Shown: positions 1-12,933, counted from the stretch's first letter. The stretch is 64,000 bases of DNA from Octopus sinensis (GCF_006345805.1 NC_043003.1:57908001-57972000), one strand, 5' to 3'. Notes: generated by a model from the letters alone, not told the origin. Numbers and translations: made by a program.

Positions 1-588
1 GTATTGTTTTTTTCTAATATAAATCTTTTGCTTTTCATAACTCGTAACTAGGTTTTTTTTCTTCTAATGTTAGGCCTCTGTCTTTCGCTAAGATCGGTTC
101 TCTAATGATAGAAATTCTTTGTCTCTCGAACGAGGTCATATTTTTTTCTTCACACATGCTCTCCACATTCTCTCACACAAGATCTTGTACTTTTAAAGAT
201 GTTTCCGAGTGACAAGAACACTTCTTGTCAGTAACTAATTTTTCAGAACATTACACCAGCTGTTGTTCGACTCCTACAAACTGCTGCTAATCACTTTAAG
301 TTCTTAACCAATCACAATCTAGTGCTGTCATTTCACTTGGGATGTCTTTCTGCTTTTATTTCTTCTACCCAAGTGATATAAAAAAAAATTTAAAAATGGA
401 GGTGATCTGTCTTTCAAATGGATAATGTGATGAAGAAAAAAGAAGGCAACTTTAATCTATTTTTCATTATTGCTTCTAATATTCTACCACCTGTTGTTTT
501 CTTTTCTTTTAATCTTGTTGATGTGTTTGGGAAAGGCATAAACTTCACAACATCGTATAAATTGCAATTTTCACTTGCTAGTATTTAA

Positions 589-785
589 CCCTTTTAGCAT
601 TCAAGCCAGCCATATATTCTACTTGTTTTATGGTCAAATTGGCCAGATCCAGCTTCTTGTACCTACCCTACAGTGTCAATCCAAAAATAAACAATCCCAA
701 GGCTACAAGATAATAACAGGATAAATTCAAAACAATGTGAATTAATAAGTATTACATTTGACAGAATAATCTCAATGCTAAAGGG
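589..785. mobile_element. piggyBac-type non-autonomous MITE, family 1
   Basis: TTAA at 585-588 and 786-789. Termini CCCTTTTAGCATT and AATGCTAAAGGG form an inverted repeat. TTAA target plus CCC...GGG ends is the piggyBac signature. Confidence 0.8.
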
Positions 786-789
786 TTAA

Positions 790-973
790 ACCAGCTATAA
801 TATCCAGTCCAAATATTTTATAATCAGATCAAGCCTCTCACACCTACTCTACAATGCCATTCTAAAAATAATTACATCACTGAAATCTCAAAGCTCTGAG
901 ATAATGCCTGATTAATTCAAAACAATATGGATGAATAGTTCTTACATTTGATAGAGTAACCTGAATACCAAAG
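790..973. mobile_element. Older degenerate MITE family 1 copy (host of the 589-785 insertion)
   Basis: Same internal sequence as 589-785 (accagc..atatcc, ctacaatg.cattctaaaaata, attaattcaaaacaat, tacatttga) with a decayed right end gaataccaaagg. Confidence 0.65.
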
Positions 974-1359
974 GACAAAAGTTTCACACAATTTCATTTA
1001 TTCATTTTTTGCTCTTTTGTCTCTCCCCCCCCCCCCATCATTCTTGCGTGACCACTGTCTGAAATTCTGAACCATCCTGTGTTTTCGTTATGATGTAAAA
1101 TTAATTACTTTCTACATATGTTTTCTGTCCCTGAAATCATCTTGAATAACATAATTCCCATCTCCTGTTGCGTAAATCAACACATACACTCATAAATATA
1201 ACAAAATTGTATAATGTTTCAACAAGCAGTTACGTAATCCTAGCAGTGATTTGCCAAAACATGTATGTGTTTTATAGAGCATAAAATACCATATCTGTTT
1301 TATTGATACTATATACGTGTGTGTGTGTGTGTGTGCATGCACGCACATGTGCATATGCA

Positions 1360-1550
1360 AGCTAGACTTGCAATATTTGTTCCGGTTCTTTACATTCTAA
1401 GTTCAAATCTCATCAAGGTCGCGTTTGTCTTTTGTTCTTCCAAAGTCTACAAAATGAAGTACCAATCACTTGTTGGAGCTGATGGCTGTTAGCTAAACCC
1501 CTCCTCTTCTCAAAATCTCTGGTCTTGTACTTAAATTTAAAACAACTGTT
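1360..1550 (+). mobile_element. Degenerate SINE family A copy
   Basis: ttctaagttcaaatc B-box-like motif, then caaggtcgcgtttgtc and aaaatgaagtacca, matching the family A layout. Confidence 0.5.
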
Positions 1551-1589
1551 TTAAAGGCATTTGATTGGCAGAGTTGTTAGAGCCAATAT

Positions 1590-1959
1590 CCAGGGCTTCA
1601 TCACTCCGGAATGAGAAGAAGGAGTCCCTCCTTGGACTTCTGTCTCCAGTCAGTCTTGTAGGCCCAGATAGTGGGTGAGATCATTTTGCCATCTTGTTCT
1701 TAGATCAACCTCTTCATTTTGCCCATTGTCTTGTTATCCATTCCGTCACCCTGCATATCCGTCTGTTGTCCTTCAGTCACATGATGTGGCCAGCGCATCT
1801 ATATTTGTTCTCTTTGATGGGTCTTATGGTGTAATTGACTCTCATGTACCTTTGAATCCAGACATTGGTTTTCTTGTCCTGCAATGGGATGCCAAGCATG
1901 GTTTGTTCCATTTTCCTTTGGGCTACATTGAGGGCATTTATGATTGTTTGAGCATCAGA
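1590..1959 (-). pseudogene. Decayed RTE-clade LINE ORF C-terminus (lineage 1)
   Basis: Minus-strand translation LNVAQRKMEQTMLGIPLQDKKTNVWIQR...KYRCAGHIM*LKDNRRICRVTEW...RG*S/RTRWQNDL matches the RTE post-RT pattern (AQRxMERxMLG, WAGH, RGRPxxRW). Contains stops and a frameshift. Confidence 0.8.
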
Positions 1960-3079
1960 GAAAAATTACCCTGCAAAGTTCATTTCTTCTCTTCACATTT
2001 AGTTTTCACATCTAAAAACGGTCAACTTTGCCTTAAAAAGTACCTATAAAAGTACCAGGATTGGTAATATCGACTAATCCCCTTATACCAATCAAAAGCA
2101 TTGTTCTAGTACTCTAAATTTAGAAGCAATTATTATTAATTATACTCATCACCATTAATCAATTAATTAATTAATTAATTACTGTTGCCACCATCACAGT
2201 TAACATCTTGATTTCTGTTGAAGACAAAACTTGAGTCAAACCAAAAAGAAGAATCAGACTGTGTTGAATTCAGAATTCAACTGGTAATTGTATAGTTTTT
2301 GCTGTATTTGTATAATAAATTGTCATTGTTGTAGAAGGTGGAGTGGGGGAAGGAAAGGGGGGAGGAAGGACTAACGTTAACTGAACAAAACAACATAATA
2401 TTAATTTAAACAAAACGGAAAAAGAAAAAAGAAAAAAGAAACACACCTGACTTTTAGAACAAAATAATTTCCCAGAAGACTTCAGCTGCTGTCACACACA
2501 CACACACACTCACATTCTCTCTGTCTTCCTCTCTCTCTTTCTATCTTTCTTTCCCTATCATCTCTCCCTCTCCCTCTCTCCCTCTCTCTCTCTCTCCAGT
2601 TTCTCCCCTTCTCTTTCCATTTTCTTTCTAACTCTCTTTGTACCTTTCCATTTTCTGCTTATTTTTCCTTTTACATTTCTCACTCTGTCTTACCAGTTTC
2701 TCCTCCTCCTTCTTCTTTCTCTCTCTCTATCCTCCTTTCTCTTTATATATATACATACATATATACATATATGTATGTATGTATGTATGTATACTCATGT
2801 ATTATATCATTTCATATTTTTCTATTGATAATTTAGTTTGTCTTTTAAAATTCTAGGCAGCAAAATAAGAAAGATTATTAGTTTGTGATGGTAGTGGTGG
2901 TAGTGGTGGTGGTGATGTGTTGTGATGGTAAAGATGGTGCTGGTGCCAGTGGTTACAATATTGCTGTTGTTTGGTGCTAGTATACTGTTAAATAATAATA
3001 GCTGTTGTTGTTTTGGTAGGCGATGACAGAAAGCAGTGATTGTACTGTTTAATGGTACAAAACACGTGGTATTGCGATG

Positions 3080-3420
3080 ATAGTGGCAGTGTTGGTTGCG
3101 GCAGTGGTAGTGGTGGTGGTGGTGGTGGTGGCGGTAGTATTAGTAGTAGTAGTAGTAGTAGTAGTGGTAGCGGTGGCGTCAGTAGTAGTAGTTGTAGTAG
3201 CAGCAGTAGTGGGGGATGGTGGGAGAGGTAATGGTGCTGGTGGTGTTAGTAATAGTAGTAGTAGTAGTAGTAGTGGCAGTGGTGGCGTCAGTAGTAGTAG
3301 TGGTGGTGGTGGTAGTAGTTGTAGTAGTAGTAGTGGGGGATGGTGGTTGAGGTAATGGTGCTGGTGGTGTTTACAGCAACAGCATCAGCCGTAGTAGTAG
3401 TAGTAGTAGTAGTAGCTGCT
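3080..3420. repeat. (GTA/GGT)n compound microsatellite with an internal higher-order duplication
   Basis: Triplet runs. The unique spacer gggggatggtgg..gaggtaatggtgctggtggtgtt occurs at 3211 and 3335. Confidence 0.9.
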
Positions 3421-3499
3421 GTTGTAGTTTTGCCGATAGAGGTGATGATGCATTTGCATTAGCAAGGGTGGTGGTGGTATCATTGATAGTAGATGTGGT

Positions 3500-3700
3500 T
3501 GATGCTATTTAGCCCCAGGTCAGCATTAATCAAGCGGACCTATATGATCAAAGGCTTTTCGTCTGTGACCATCCATTCTGTTTCTTATTCATGAAGTCTC
3601 GGACCACATTATCCAAAGTGTCATTGTTCTTGAAACTCAATCTGACATAGATATTTGACTTCTATTTCTAGCCGAGTGAACAACCACTTGTAGGTGCCCC
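3500..3700 (-). mobile_element. Unclassified dispersed repeat family E
   Basis: tttagccccaggtcagc..gacctatatgatcaaagg..tatttctagc is the reverse complement of the motif set at 53030-53245 and 63070-63485. Confidence 0.6.
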
Positions 3701-4079
3701 ACTGGCTCCTGACAGGACATTGCTGGTTGTTGTTGTTGTTGTTTGCTCATTTTTTTACTAAGTCAATTTGCAATTTTGTTCGCAAATAACTTTTTATTTA
3801 TTTATTTTGTGATGTTTAGTAGTTTGGTTTTGTTTCTGAATTTCTTTTGGCGATTTGCTGATTATAAACAGTTTCGTTGTTCTGCACACAACTCCTCTTC
3901 CTCCTCTCCTCATCATCATTCTCCTCCTCCTCCTTTGACGCAAACGCACACATATACATATGCACACACATTCGCATTTGTTCAAATCAAAATGATGCTT
4001 ACATATTATTATGCAATAAATGTACTTTCAGTTTCACTTTCACACAAGACTATTAAGATACATACACACGCAGTATAAG

Positions 4080-4637
4080 TAACATATACACACACATGCA
4101 CAAAATATGCTTAACAGTACATATATATGTATCCAGAAGCACGCACACATACATACAGACAGATAGATAGATGCATGCATACATACATTCACACTCATGC
4201 AATACACATGTAAATATACATATACGCAAAGAACTCACACCTATATATACATACATATACATATGTATGTATATATATATATATGTATATATATATGTAT
4301 ATATATATATGTATGTATATATATATATATATATATTCACACTCATAATACACACCATTATATACATATATATACACATGGCACACCTATTTATACACAA
4401 ACATGTACCCATATATATGCACACACACGCACACACACACAAACACATACCTATATAATATACCTATGCCTATATATATACATACATATATGCACACAAC
4501 ACACACCTGTATATATGCATACACACACAAACACATCTGTATATAGATATATACACACAAGCATATCACACACATAGACAAAGAACCATAGTACATGTGT
4601 GTGTGCATGCACATGTATTTATATATGTTGTACAAGG

Positions 4638-4669
<32 letters not shown>

Positions 4670-4800
4670 AATTCATGTACTCAAAACACTCTTAGAAGTA
4701 CACATACATATCAACATACATACATACCAATGCATTGATATAGTCACACACAAGCTTACACATAAACACATTCATATATTGACGATGCATAGTAATTAGT
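4080..4800. repeat. Compound (TA)n/(CA)n/(TATG)n microsatellite block
   Basis: Directly visible dinucleotide runs. Source of the YIYI/HTHT pseudo-ORFs. Confidence 0.9.
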
Positions 4801-4859
4801 TATGTCTGTTTGATTCCAGACTCAAGCCTCTTGCTCAAGGAAAATATTCCAAGGATAAT

Positions 4860-5385
4860 TCTCCCTCTATATTATGTAATTTCTCTCTCTTCCCTTTCTT
4901 TCTTTCTCTATCTTTCCTGCAATCTCTCTTTCTCTTTCCTTTCTTTGATATTTCTCTCTCTCTCTCTCTCTCTCTCTGTCTATCTATATATCTATCTATA
5001 TATCTATCACTGTCTCATACACACAAACACACACACACACACACACACACATGCGTGCATACACAGATTTGTCTTTTAGTCAAAAATGTTACTTTTGGAA
5101 TTCTCTGATTATAATCTCGTTCCCATACTGTTGTGCTCTCTCTCACACACACACACAAACTGCTTCTCTCTCTCTCTCACATACTCTCTCTCACACACAC
5201 ACATTCTCTCTGTCTCTTTTTTCTCTTTCTCTTTCACACAATTTCTCTCTCCTTTCTGTTTTTGCTTTCTCTTTCCCATTCTCCCTATATACTTCTCAGC
5301 TTATATCTCTCTTTGCTCTCTCTCCCTCTCTCTCTCTCTCTCCTCTCTCTCTCTCACTCACTCTCTCACTCACTCCTGCTGTCCC
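4860..5385. repeat. (CT)n-rich polypyrimidine/(CA)n block
   Basis: Directly visible. Confidence 0.85.
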
Positions 5386-6060
5386 TCCATTATAAAACTC
5401 AGTAGAGACCTGTGAAAATATGCAAAAACACATGCCTTGCTTTAGCGACAGTTCAAACTGCTAAACTATTTAGCCTGAAGCCTCTATACAGAAAAAAAAA
5501 AAAAGAAAATAAACCTTCACAATTCACCCTGGGGCACATCCACAACTTCATTATTAACACACTACTAATGTGTTTACTCGCTGTGTTTTTAATACGCATT
5601 TCACTGCATCACCCGATGATGGTGACAGAGGCATCAGCGGTACTGGCGATGGCACCAGTGCTGGTGGTATGGGTTGTAAATCTGGCTCTTTTTTTTCTTA
5701 TCCTAATGTAGTTACTTTAAATGTTGTCTTCGTTGCAACACGTCACATCACAGTGCATTGGTTTTGTAATGTTGTTGTTGCTGTATGCGTACATGTGAAA
5801 GAATATAAATATATGTATGTATGTACGTATATCTATAGTTAGATAGAGAGATAGATAGATACATAGATACATAGAGTGAGAGATAGATGGATAGGTAGGT
5901 AGATAGATCATTGGATAAATAGATAGATAGATAGATCTATACATACATACATACATACATACATGTATACACATATGTCTAGATATGCAAGTATATACAT
6001 AAGAAGACATACATAAAACAAAACACAAATTTGCACGTAGACGTATGTACATACATAACC

Positions 6061-6169
6061 TGCTGCTGATGTTGAAATTCCAATGGAATCTTGGATCTAG
6101 GTTAGAAACTGGCTGTTTCTCTATTTGTGAGAAATCTTGAAATAAAACTGCATAATAGCACGCACGCGT

Positions 6170-6202
<33 letters not shown>

Positions 6203-6320
6203 TACTCTTTCGTTGATGTTGAAATTCCAATGAGGGAGCCTTCGATCTAGGTTGGAGGCCGGTTCTTTCTGTATTGACAAGAAATCTTAAAATAAGCTGA
6301 ATAATGACATACATACATGC
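6061..6320 (+). mobile_element. Two diverged tandem 3'-end fragments of a retroposon ending in (ATAC)n
   Basis: tgatgttgaaattccaatg..gatctaggtt.ga..c.gg..ctttct.tatt...agaaatctt.aaataa..ctg.ataat occurs twice, about 147 bp apart. Confidence 0.6.
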
Positions 6321-6357
6321 ATGTATTGTGTATGTGTGTGTGTGTGTGTATATATAT

Positions 6358-6682
6358 TCTTTTTTTTCTTTTCTTTTAATGGTTTCAATCATTTGATTAT
6401 GGCCATGCTGGAGCACCTTCTTTAATCAAACAAATCGACTCCAGGACTTATTCTATGTAAGCCTAGTACTTATTCTGTTGGTCACTTTTTCCAAACCACT
6501 AAGTTATAGGGACCTCTAAACACACTAACATTGGTTATCAAACAATTGTGGGGGGACAAACACAGGCACAAACATATATACATAGATATACAATGGGCTT
6601 CTTTCAGTTTCTGTCTACCAAATCCACTCACAAGGCTTTGGTCAGCCTGAGGCTATAGCAGAAGACACTTGCCCAAGGTACC
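6358..6682 (-). mobile_element. SINE family B (tRNA-like head, CORE-like motif, internal TA/TG microsatellite), 5'-truncated
   Basis: ggccatgctggagcacc, ctagtacttattc, ctttcagtttc, ccaaatccactcacaaggc and gaagacacttgcccaaggtacc are all shared with the other B copies. Confidence 0.85.
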
Positions 6683-6689
6683 AAATGAG

Positions 6690-6900
6690 GGTCACCCTCA
6701 TACAAGTGGTGCCCTGCATTTCTAAATCTTCAGTGGAAACATGTCAGGTCATGGGAAAGTATTCCTTTACTACTCGGAAACAGCTGAAGGTTGTTGACAG
6801 GAAGGGCATCCAGCCGTAGAAAATCCACCTCAACAAATTCTGCCTGACCTATGCAAAGCATGGAAAAGTGAACATTTAAACGACGATAGTGGTGGTGATG
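6690..6900 (+). mobile_element. Retroposon with RTE-type 3' end (variant body R2)
   Basis: aggaagggcatccagccgtagaaa...gcatggaaaagtgaacatttaaacgacgat terminus like the RTE 3'UTR. Similar bodies at 28590-28820(+) and 58945-59110(-). Confidence 0.65.
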
Positions 6901-7259
6901 GTGGTAGTGGTAGCAGCAGCAGCAGTAGTTCAAAATTGCATTTGGCATCTTGCCAATTAGTTAGAACTTTTTGGTCATTTCACACGTTGCCAAAATAATT
7001 CTAATTCGAAAACCTACAGAGATACTAAGGAAATGTGAAATGATGATTTTTACTTCATACCTTGTTCTGTGAGAAATTCAATAGAGCGCCTGGATATTCT
7101 ATACGGTAGTTTAGTTTTTACATATTGTCAGTACCATATACTTACTATTTTCTACATTATACTCTCCACATAAACTATATTTTTTGTCCCTAACACTCTT
7201 TCTTCTCACTGACTCTCTATTTCTCAACTTCCTCTCTATCTCTCCTCTCTCTCTCTCTC

Positions 7260-7565
7260 TCTTACTGTTACTACTACTACTACTACTACTACTGTTGCTG
7301 CTTATACTACTCCTACTGCTGTTACTACTACTACTACTACTCCTACTACTGTTGCTGCTAATACTACTACTACTGCTCTCTATCTCTCCTCTTCCTCTTA
7401 CTACTACTACTACTACTACTGTTGCTGTTGCCAATACTACTACTACTACTGCTGTTACTACGACTCCTACTACTACTACTACTGCTGTTACTACGACTCC
7501 TACTCCTACTACTACTACTGCTGCTACTACTACTACTACTACTACTATTACTACTACTACTATTC
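7260..7565. repeat. (CTA)n compound microsatellite
   Basis: Directly visible. Confidence 0.9.
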
Positions 7566-7844
7566 ACATTCCCTCACTATACTTTTTCCAAACTCTTTTC
7601 CATTACTAAATTACATCTGTTTTATCCTTTTCTTTTTGTTTTGTATCTATTTTCTTCCTCCACCTTCTTTCCTTTGTCCTCTCTCTCTCTCTCACTATCT
7701 ATTGGTCTATCTATATCTCTTTCTCTTTTACTTCTGTCATGTACTCTCTTGTCCACCCATACCCTTTAAACTGTCATAACAAATAATAAACCACAATAGG
7801 TGAACCACAATGTGGCAAGGAATTACTGTATTTCCTCTTCATTA

Positions 7845-8160
7845 CCTTCTCATGTTACTAATTGGCTTGGGTCTTCAACTCGAGATCCTGACATCATGAG
7901 TTCAATTCCCAGCAACAGATTGTCTCCTTGAGCAAGACACTTTATTTCACAATGCTCCTGTCCACTCAGCTGGCAAAAAACAAAGCAGTAACTGTATTTC
8001 AAAGGACCCATTTCATCACATTCAGTGTCATGCTGAACCTCACTCAGTACTGCATGCATTAAGGGTGTGCGAGTCTGTGGGGTGCTCAGCCACTTGCATG
8101 TTAATTTCAAGAGCAGGCTTTTTGGTTGATCGAATCAACTGGAACCCTCGTCATAGCATC
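7845..8160 (+). mobile_element. SINE family D (tRNA-like head; tgtccttgagcaagacactt; long tail)
   Basis: gagttcaattccc B box, gtccactcagctggcaaaa and gctcagccacttgca..ttaatttca..agcaggct are shared with 31628-31910 and 60500-60690. Confidence 0.8.
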
Positions 8161-9030
8161 ATATAAACCTCGACAGAACATCATATAAAATCTTCTCTCC
8201 TGTTTCTTCGACAATGTCTTATCTTGCCATTCCTAAATTTCATCTACCTTCTGCCTCTCCCATCCATTTTTATTCCGATGTTCTTATTGTATACAATTCA
8301 TCTCGCTCAATCGCATCTAAATAGATAGCTGGCTACAGATGGAATTACGCTTCTCAAGTTTTGCACAGTGTTCCTACACGTTTGCATGCACAAACATAAA
8401 TACATACATGCACATGCTTAGATGCATGCACGTATGCACACACACACACACACACACACACGCGCTACATGTTTGCAGTGATGTTTACATTGACATTGCA
8501 TAACCACATTGAGATGTTTGCAACAACATGCGCACATGCAAATATTTACATATTTCTGCTATAATTATAAATTTAAGCAACTTTAAAACCCCCACACAAA
8601 TTACACACATAAGCATGAATACATACACACACGCACACATTCCCATAAACAGTCACATTACCATAAACACACACACACACGCAATCTCATAAACAAACTC
8701 ATTTAAATACTTCATTCTCTTTAAATAAACGTAAAACTTTGCTATAAATTGGTGGGGAGGTGGGGTGGGGGTGACAGTGGTGTTAAAGGTAATGTATTAG
8801 CAAATTTAGTTACCATGATGATGATGACAACAAACACTGCTGAAAATGATGCTGAGACGATGGTGGTGGCAGCGTTTCGGTGATGTTAATAATAGTTTTG
8901 ATGACGGCATTGCGGATGGTGGTGATATTGATGAAGATGGCAGTGGGGATGTTTGTTGATGGAAGCAAAATTTATTTACATATATCATCTGTTATTATTA
9001 TTATTATTATTATTAAGTTTCTTATGGTAT

Positions 9031-9064
<34 letters not shown>

Positions 9065-9298
9065 AGTGATGCTGCTTGGTTGTGTTTGGCAATTGTTGAT
9101 GGCAACGATGTCGTTGTTTAACCCCGAATGTGCTCTCTGCTCTGAAATATTTGGCGGACCTTATGATCAAAGGCAGTACAGGTAACGCATGCAGTACAGG
9201 TAACACATGCATGCACAAACAAAATACATTTCACGGTGCACACATACATATACATGGATATATCTACACACATGCAATGCACACCTATGTGTATGTAT

Positions 9299-9353
<55 letters not shown>

Positions 9354-9467
9354 ATATATATGTATATATATGTACATACATATAAATATATATATATATG
9401 CATATGCATATACACACAAACAACAGACCTATGATCAAAGACATTCCATCTATAATTATGCCACTCT

Positions 9468-10124
9468 CAGAATCGTTAGCATACCTGACAATATGCTTAG
9501 TGGCATTTCGTCTGTCTTTATGATCTGGGTTCAAATTCCACCGAAGTTTCACTTTCCCTTTTATCCTTTCGGGGTCAATAAATTAAGTACCAGTGAAATA
9601 CTAGGGTCAATGTAATCAACTAGTCCCCCACCCTAAATTTCAGGCCTTGTGCCTTTAGTAGAAAGGATTATTATTATTATTATTATTATTTAAAGATGGC
9701 GAGCTGGTAGAATTGTTAGCATGCCAGGCAAAAGCCTAATGGCATTTTGTTCATCTTTACGTTCTGAGTTCAAATTCCACCATGGTCAACTTGGCCATTC
9801 ATTATTTCGAAGTCGATGTAACTGACTTACCCCTTCCCCGAAATTGCTGGCCTTGTGCCAAAATTTGAAACCAATATTTTTATAGTTATTATTATTATTA
9901 TTAAGGCTGTGTGCTGACAGAATCATTAGTACATCGGATGAAATGCTTAGCAGTGTTTCACTCATCGCTATGTTCTGGGTTCAAATTCCACTGAGGTCGA
10001 CTTTGCTTTCATCCTTTCAGGGTCAATAAGTTAAGTACCAGTTGAATACTGGTGTCAATGTGATCGGCTGTCCCCCCCAAAAAATATTTCAGGCTTTGTG
10101 CCTATAGTAGAAAGGATTATTATT
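9468..10124 (+). mobile_element. Three head-to-tail SINE family A copies (9468-9690, 9698-9902, 9905-10124)
   Basis: Each has a cagaat.gttag head, a gttcaaattcc B box and an aggcc/cttgtgcc...(TTA)n tail. Confidence 0.85.
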
Positions 10125-10284
10125 CTCCCCCTTTTGGGAGATTTTCATTGTTATAATCTTTCATTGTTAAACTGTTTTTTATTCGATTTTACAAATGAAC
10201 AAAACCCTTTGTAACCTTTCATCCTGTTTTTATCCCTTTATGTGATAATTGATTTTTGTCAGCCCTTGTGGCCAATAAAAGAAT

Positions 10285-10500
10285 TAATCATTATTATTAT
10301 TATTATTATTATTGAGTGAGAGAGCAGCACATGCCATCAAAGTGACACTGGGAAACAAATAAACAAAGTCCTGTAGACGCATCGTGATAAGGGTACACCA
10401 GACACATGCATTGCAACCATATGTGTGTGCGACATGGTGATCTTGTATCGGGATAAACAGCACATGATCTTGCAGGTGGGGCCCAGTTAGAACAGCTTTC
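10285..10500 (-). mobile_element. 3'UTR fragment of R4/Dong-like family 2 with (TAA)n tail
   Basis: Reverse complement ends ccagtgtcactttgatggcatgtgctgctctctcactcaataataat, nearly identical to the end of 47425-47812. Confidence 0.65.
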
Positions 10501-10769
10501 ATAGTAGTAGTAGTAGTGTTAGCAGTAGTGGTGGTGGTGGTGGTGGTGGTGGTGGTCATGGTAGCCATTGTTGTTAGTCAGCTTAGTAGATGTAGAAATA
10601 ATTAAATGTTTTAACTAGTGCATTCTAGTAGTAGTGGTGGTGGTGTTAATAGTTGGAGTGGTAGTAATGGTAGTGGCGGTGATGGTGTTGCATAGTAGTT
10701 GTAACTGTTGTTGTTGGTCAGCTTGGTAACATCTGTTGTTGGTAGATGTTAAAAGGAGTTAAATGTTTT

Positions 10770-11095
10770 AACTGGTGCTCTCTACTTGTAGTAGTAGCAG
10801 TAGTAGTAGTAGTAGTGGTAGTGGTAGTAGTAATAGTTGCAGTGGTAGTAGTAGCGGTGGTAGTGGTGGTAGTAGTAGTAGTAGTAGTGATAGTGGTGGT
10901 AGTAATAGTTGCAGTGATAGTAGTAGTGGTAGTGGCGGTTGTGGTGATGGTAGTAGTAGTAGTAGTAGTAGTAGTAGCAGCAGCAGTGGCAGTGGTGGTG
11001 TTAGTAGTAGTAGCGGTGGTAGTAGTAGTGGTGGTGGTAATAATAGTAGTAGTAGTAGTAGCAGCAGTGGTGGTAGTAGTAATAGTAGTAGTAAG
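10770..11095. repeat. (GTA/GGT)n compound microsatellite
   Basis: Directly visible. Confidence 0.9.
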
Positions 11096-12933
11096 TGTTG
11101 CTTTTGATCGATTTGGTTAAACATGTAAAAGCAGTCCAAAATAATCTTTTTGAACGGTCTGCTGCTTCTTTCTTCTTGCTTACAATTTACAGCAAGAAAT
11201 GGTTGACCACTTACAAATAGCCATGCAACGTTGCGTACACTGTTTGCAACAATCTTTGCAGCCCTAACACCAAATTCCCCCTTTCTTTCTTTCTTTCTTT
11301 AACCTGCACTTATTCGCACCCTTACGCACCCCCCCAACCCCCCCAGCAACACCCCCAAACCTCAATATGTGTCGACGACCCCGTTCCTCTTGTCCCCTTC
11401 TTCGTTGCTCTGCTTTCCGTTGCTGTTCTCCAACCATTTCAGGTCCGAAACTCTTTCGTTGCTATCAGGGTTTTTCTGTTTCTGTCTCACTCTCTCTCAC
11501 TTTATCTCACTCTCTCTCTCTCTCTCCCACTCTCTCTCCCCTTTCTCTTTCTCCTCTCTCTTACTCTCTCTCTCTCTCTCTCTTAGACACACACACACAC
11601 TCTTTATCACTCTCTCTCCCCCTCTTAAACACACATACACACACTCTTTATCACTCTCTTTCTCTGTCACTCATTTTCTCTATCACTTTCTGTATTACAC
11701 TCTCACTTTCCTTTCTCTATCAGTCACTTTCTTTCTCTTCTTTCTCTCTCACTAACCCTCTCTTGTGTTCTCTTTCCCTCCCACTCTCCCTTGTTTTCCT
11801 TTCTCCTCTTCCTCTCATTATGAGAGTCAATGTACCTTCAATTTCTTTCTGCCTTCTGTCTTTCTGTCTTTCTGCCTTTCTGTCTTCCTCTCTATATTAA
11901 TGCGTGACTATCTGTTTCTCTCCATCTCTTCCTCTCACTCTTTTTCAATATCAATATGTGTGTGTGTGTGTGTGTGTGTATGTGTGTACTTTTGAGAGTA
12001 TGTGTATATGTATGTGAGTGTGTGTGTGTATATGTTTTTGAGAGTATGCGTGCGCATCCAGTTCTCTAAACTACACACCTTATGCATTATTCTCTTTGAA
12101 TTCCTCCTTTCCAAAATGGTTTCTGAAGAGAAATATCCAAATGTTTATGTATAATTTCACTTTTGCAAAACGCATATGTACACTGTCATAAACAAACACA
12201 CAGAAACACAAGCACACCCACAAACAAACGTTTACATATACATATACACGTTCATGAATACACTCACACGTGTACACACATGCCTGAATGGACACACTGA
12301 AACACTCGCAAATACACAAACACACACACACACATACACATATACATGGGTACAGGAATATACATAAAGAATATGAATAGACAAAACACCGCACAAACAC
12401 ACACACTCCCACACACAAACATATATATATATACACATCCATGAATACACCCGCACACACACACACACGTCTGAATGGACAAACTCAAACACTCACGAAT
12501 ATACAAATGCACACACATACACACACACACATAAATACAGAAATACATACATACACAGGTAAGTTATGTGTATATATATATATATATATATATGTGTATA
12601 TGTGTGTATATATATATGTGTGTATATATATATGTATATGTGTGTATATATATATATATGTATATATATATGTACATGTGTGTGTATATATATATATGTG
12701 TATATATGTATGTATATATATATATATCATCATCATCATCATCATCGTTTAACGTCCATATATGTATATATATATTTGTGTATATACATACACAAACACA
12801 TACATGTAAGTGCACACACACATACACATATCATATCCCTCTTCATTGCGTTAAAGTTGTAATTACTCTATTGCCATTGTTGTTGTTATTGTTGTTGTTG
12901 TTGTTGTTGATGTTACAATTGCTGTACTTAAAA

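Noticed and set aside
6735-6750. GAAACATGTCAGG resembling a hammerhead stem III
   Set aside because: There is no upstream CTGANGA core, and it is part of a retroposon body.
8750-8772. G-quadruplex motif
   Set aside because: It has only three runs of three or more G plus a GG. It is short and unremarkable in this repeat-rich background.
12556-12564. Perfect donor CAG|GTAAGT
   Set aside because: It sits in CA/TA microsatellite-like sequence with no plausible upstream exon or pyrimidine tract, and a 9-mer like this can occur by chance in 64 kb.
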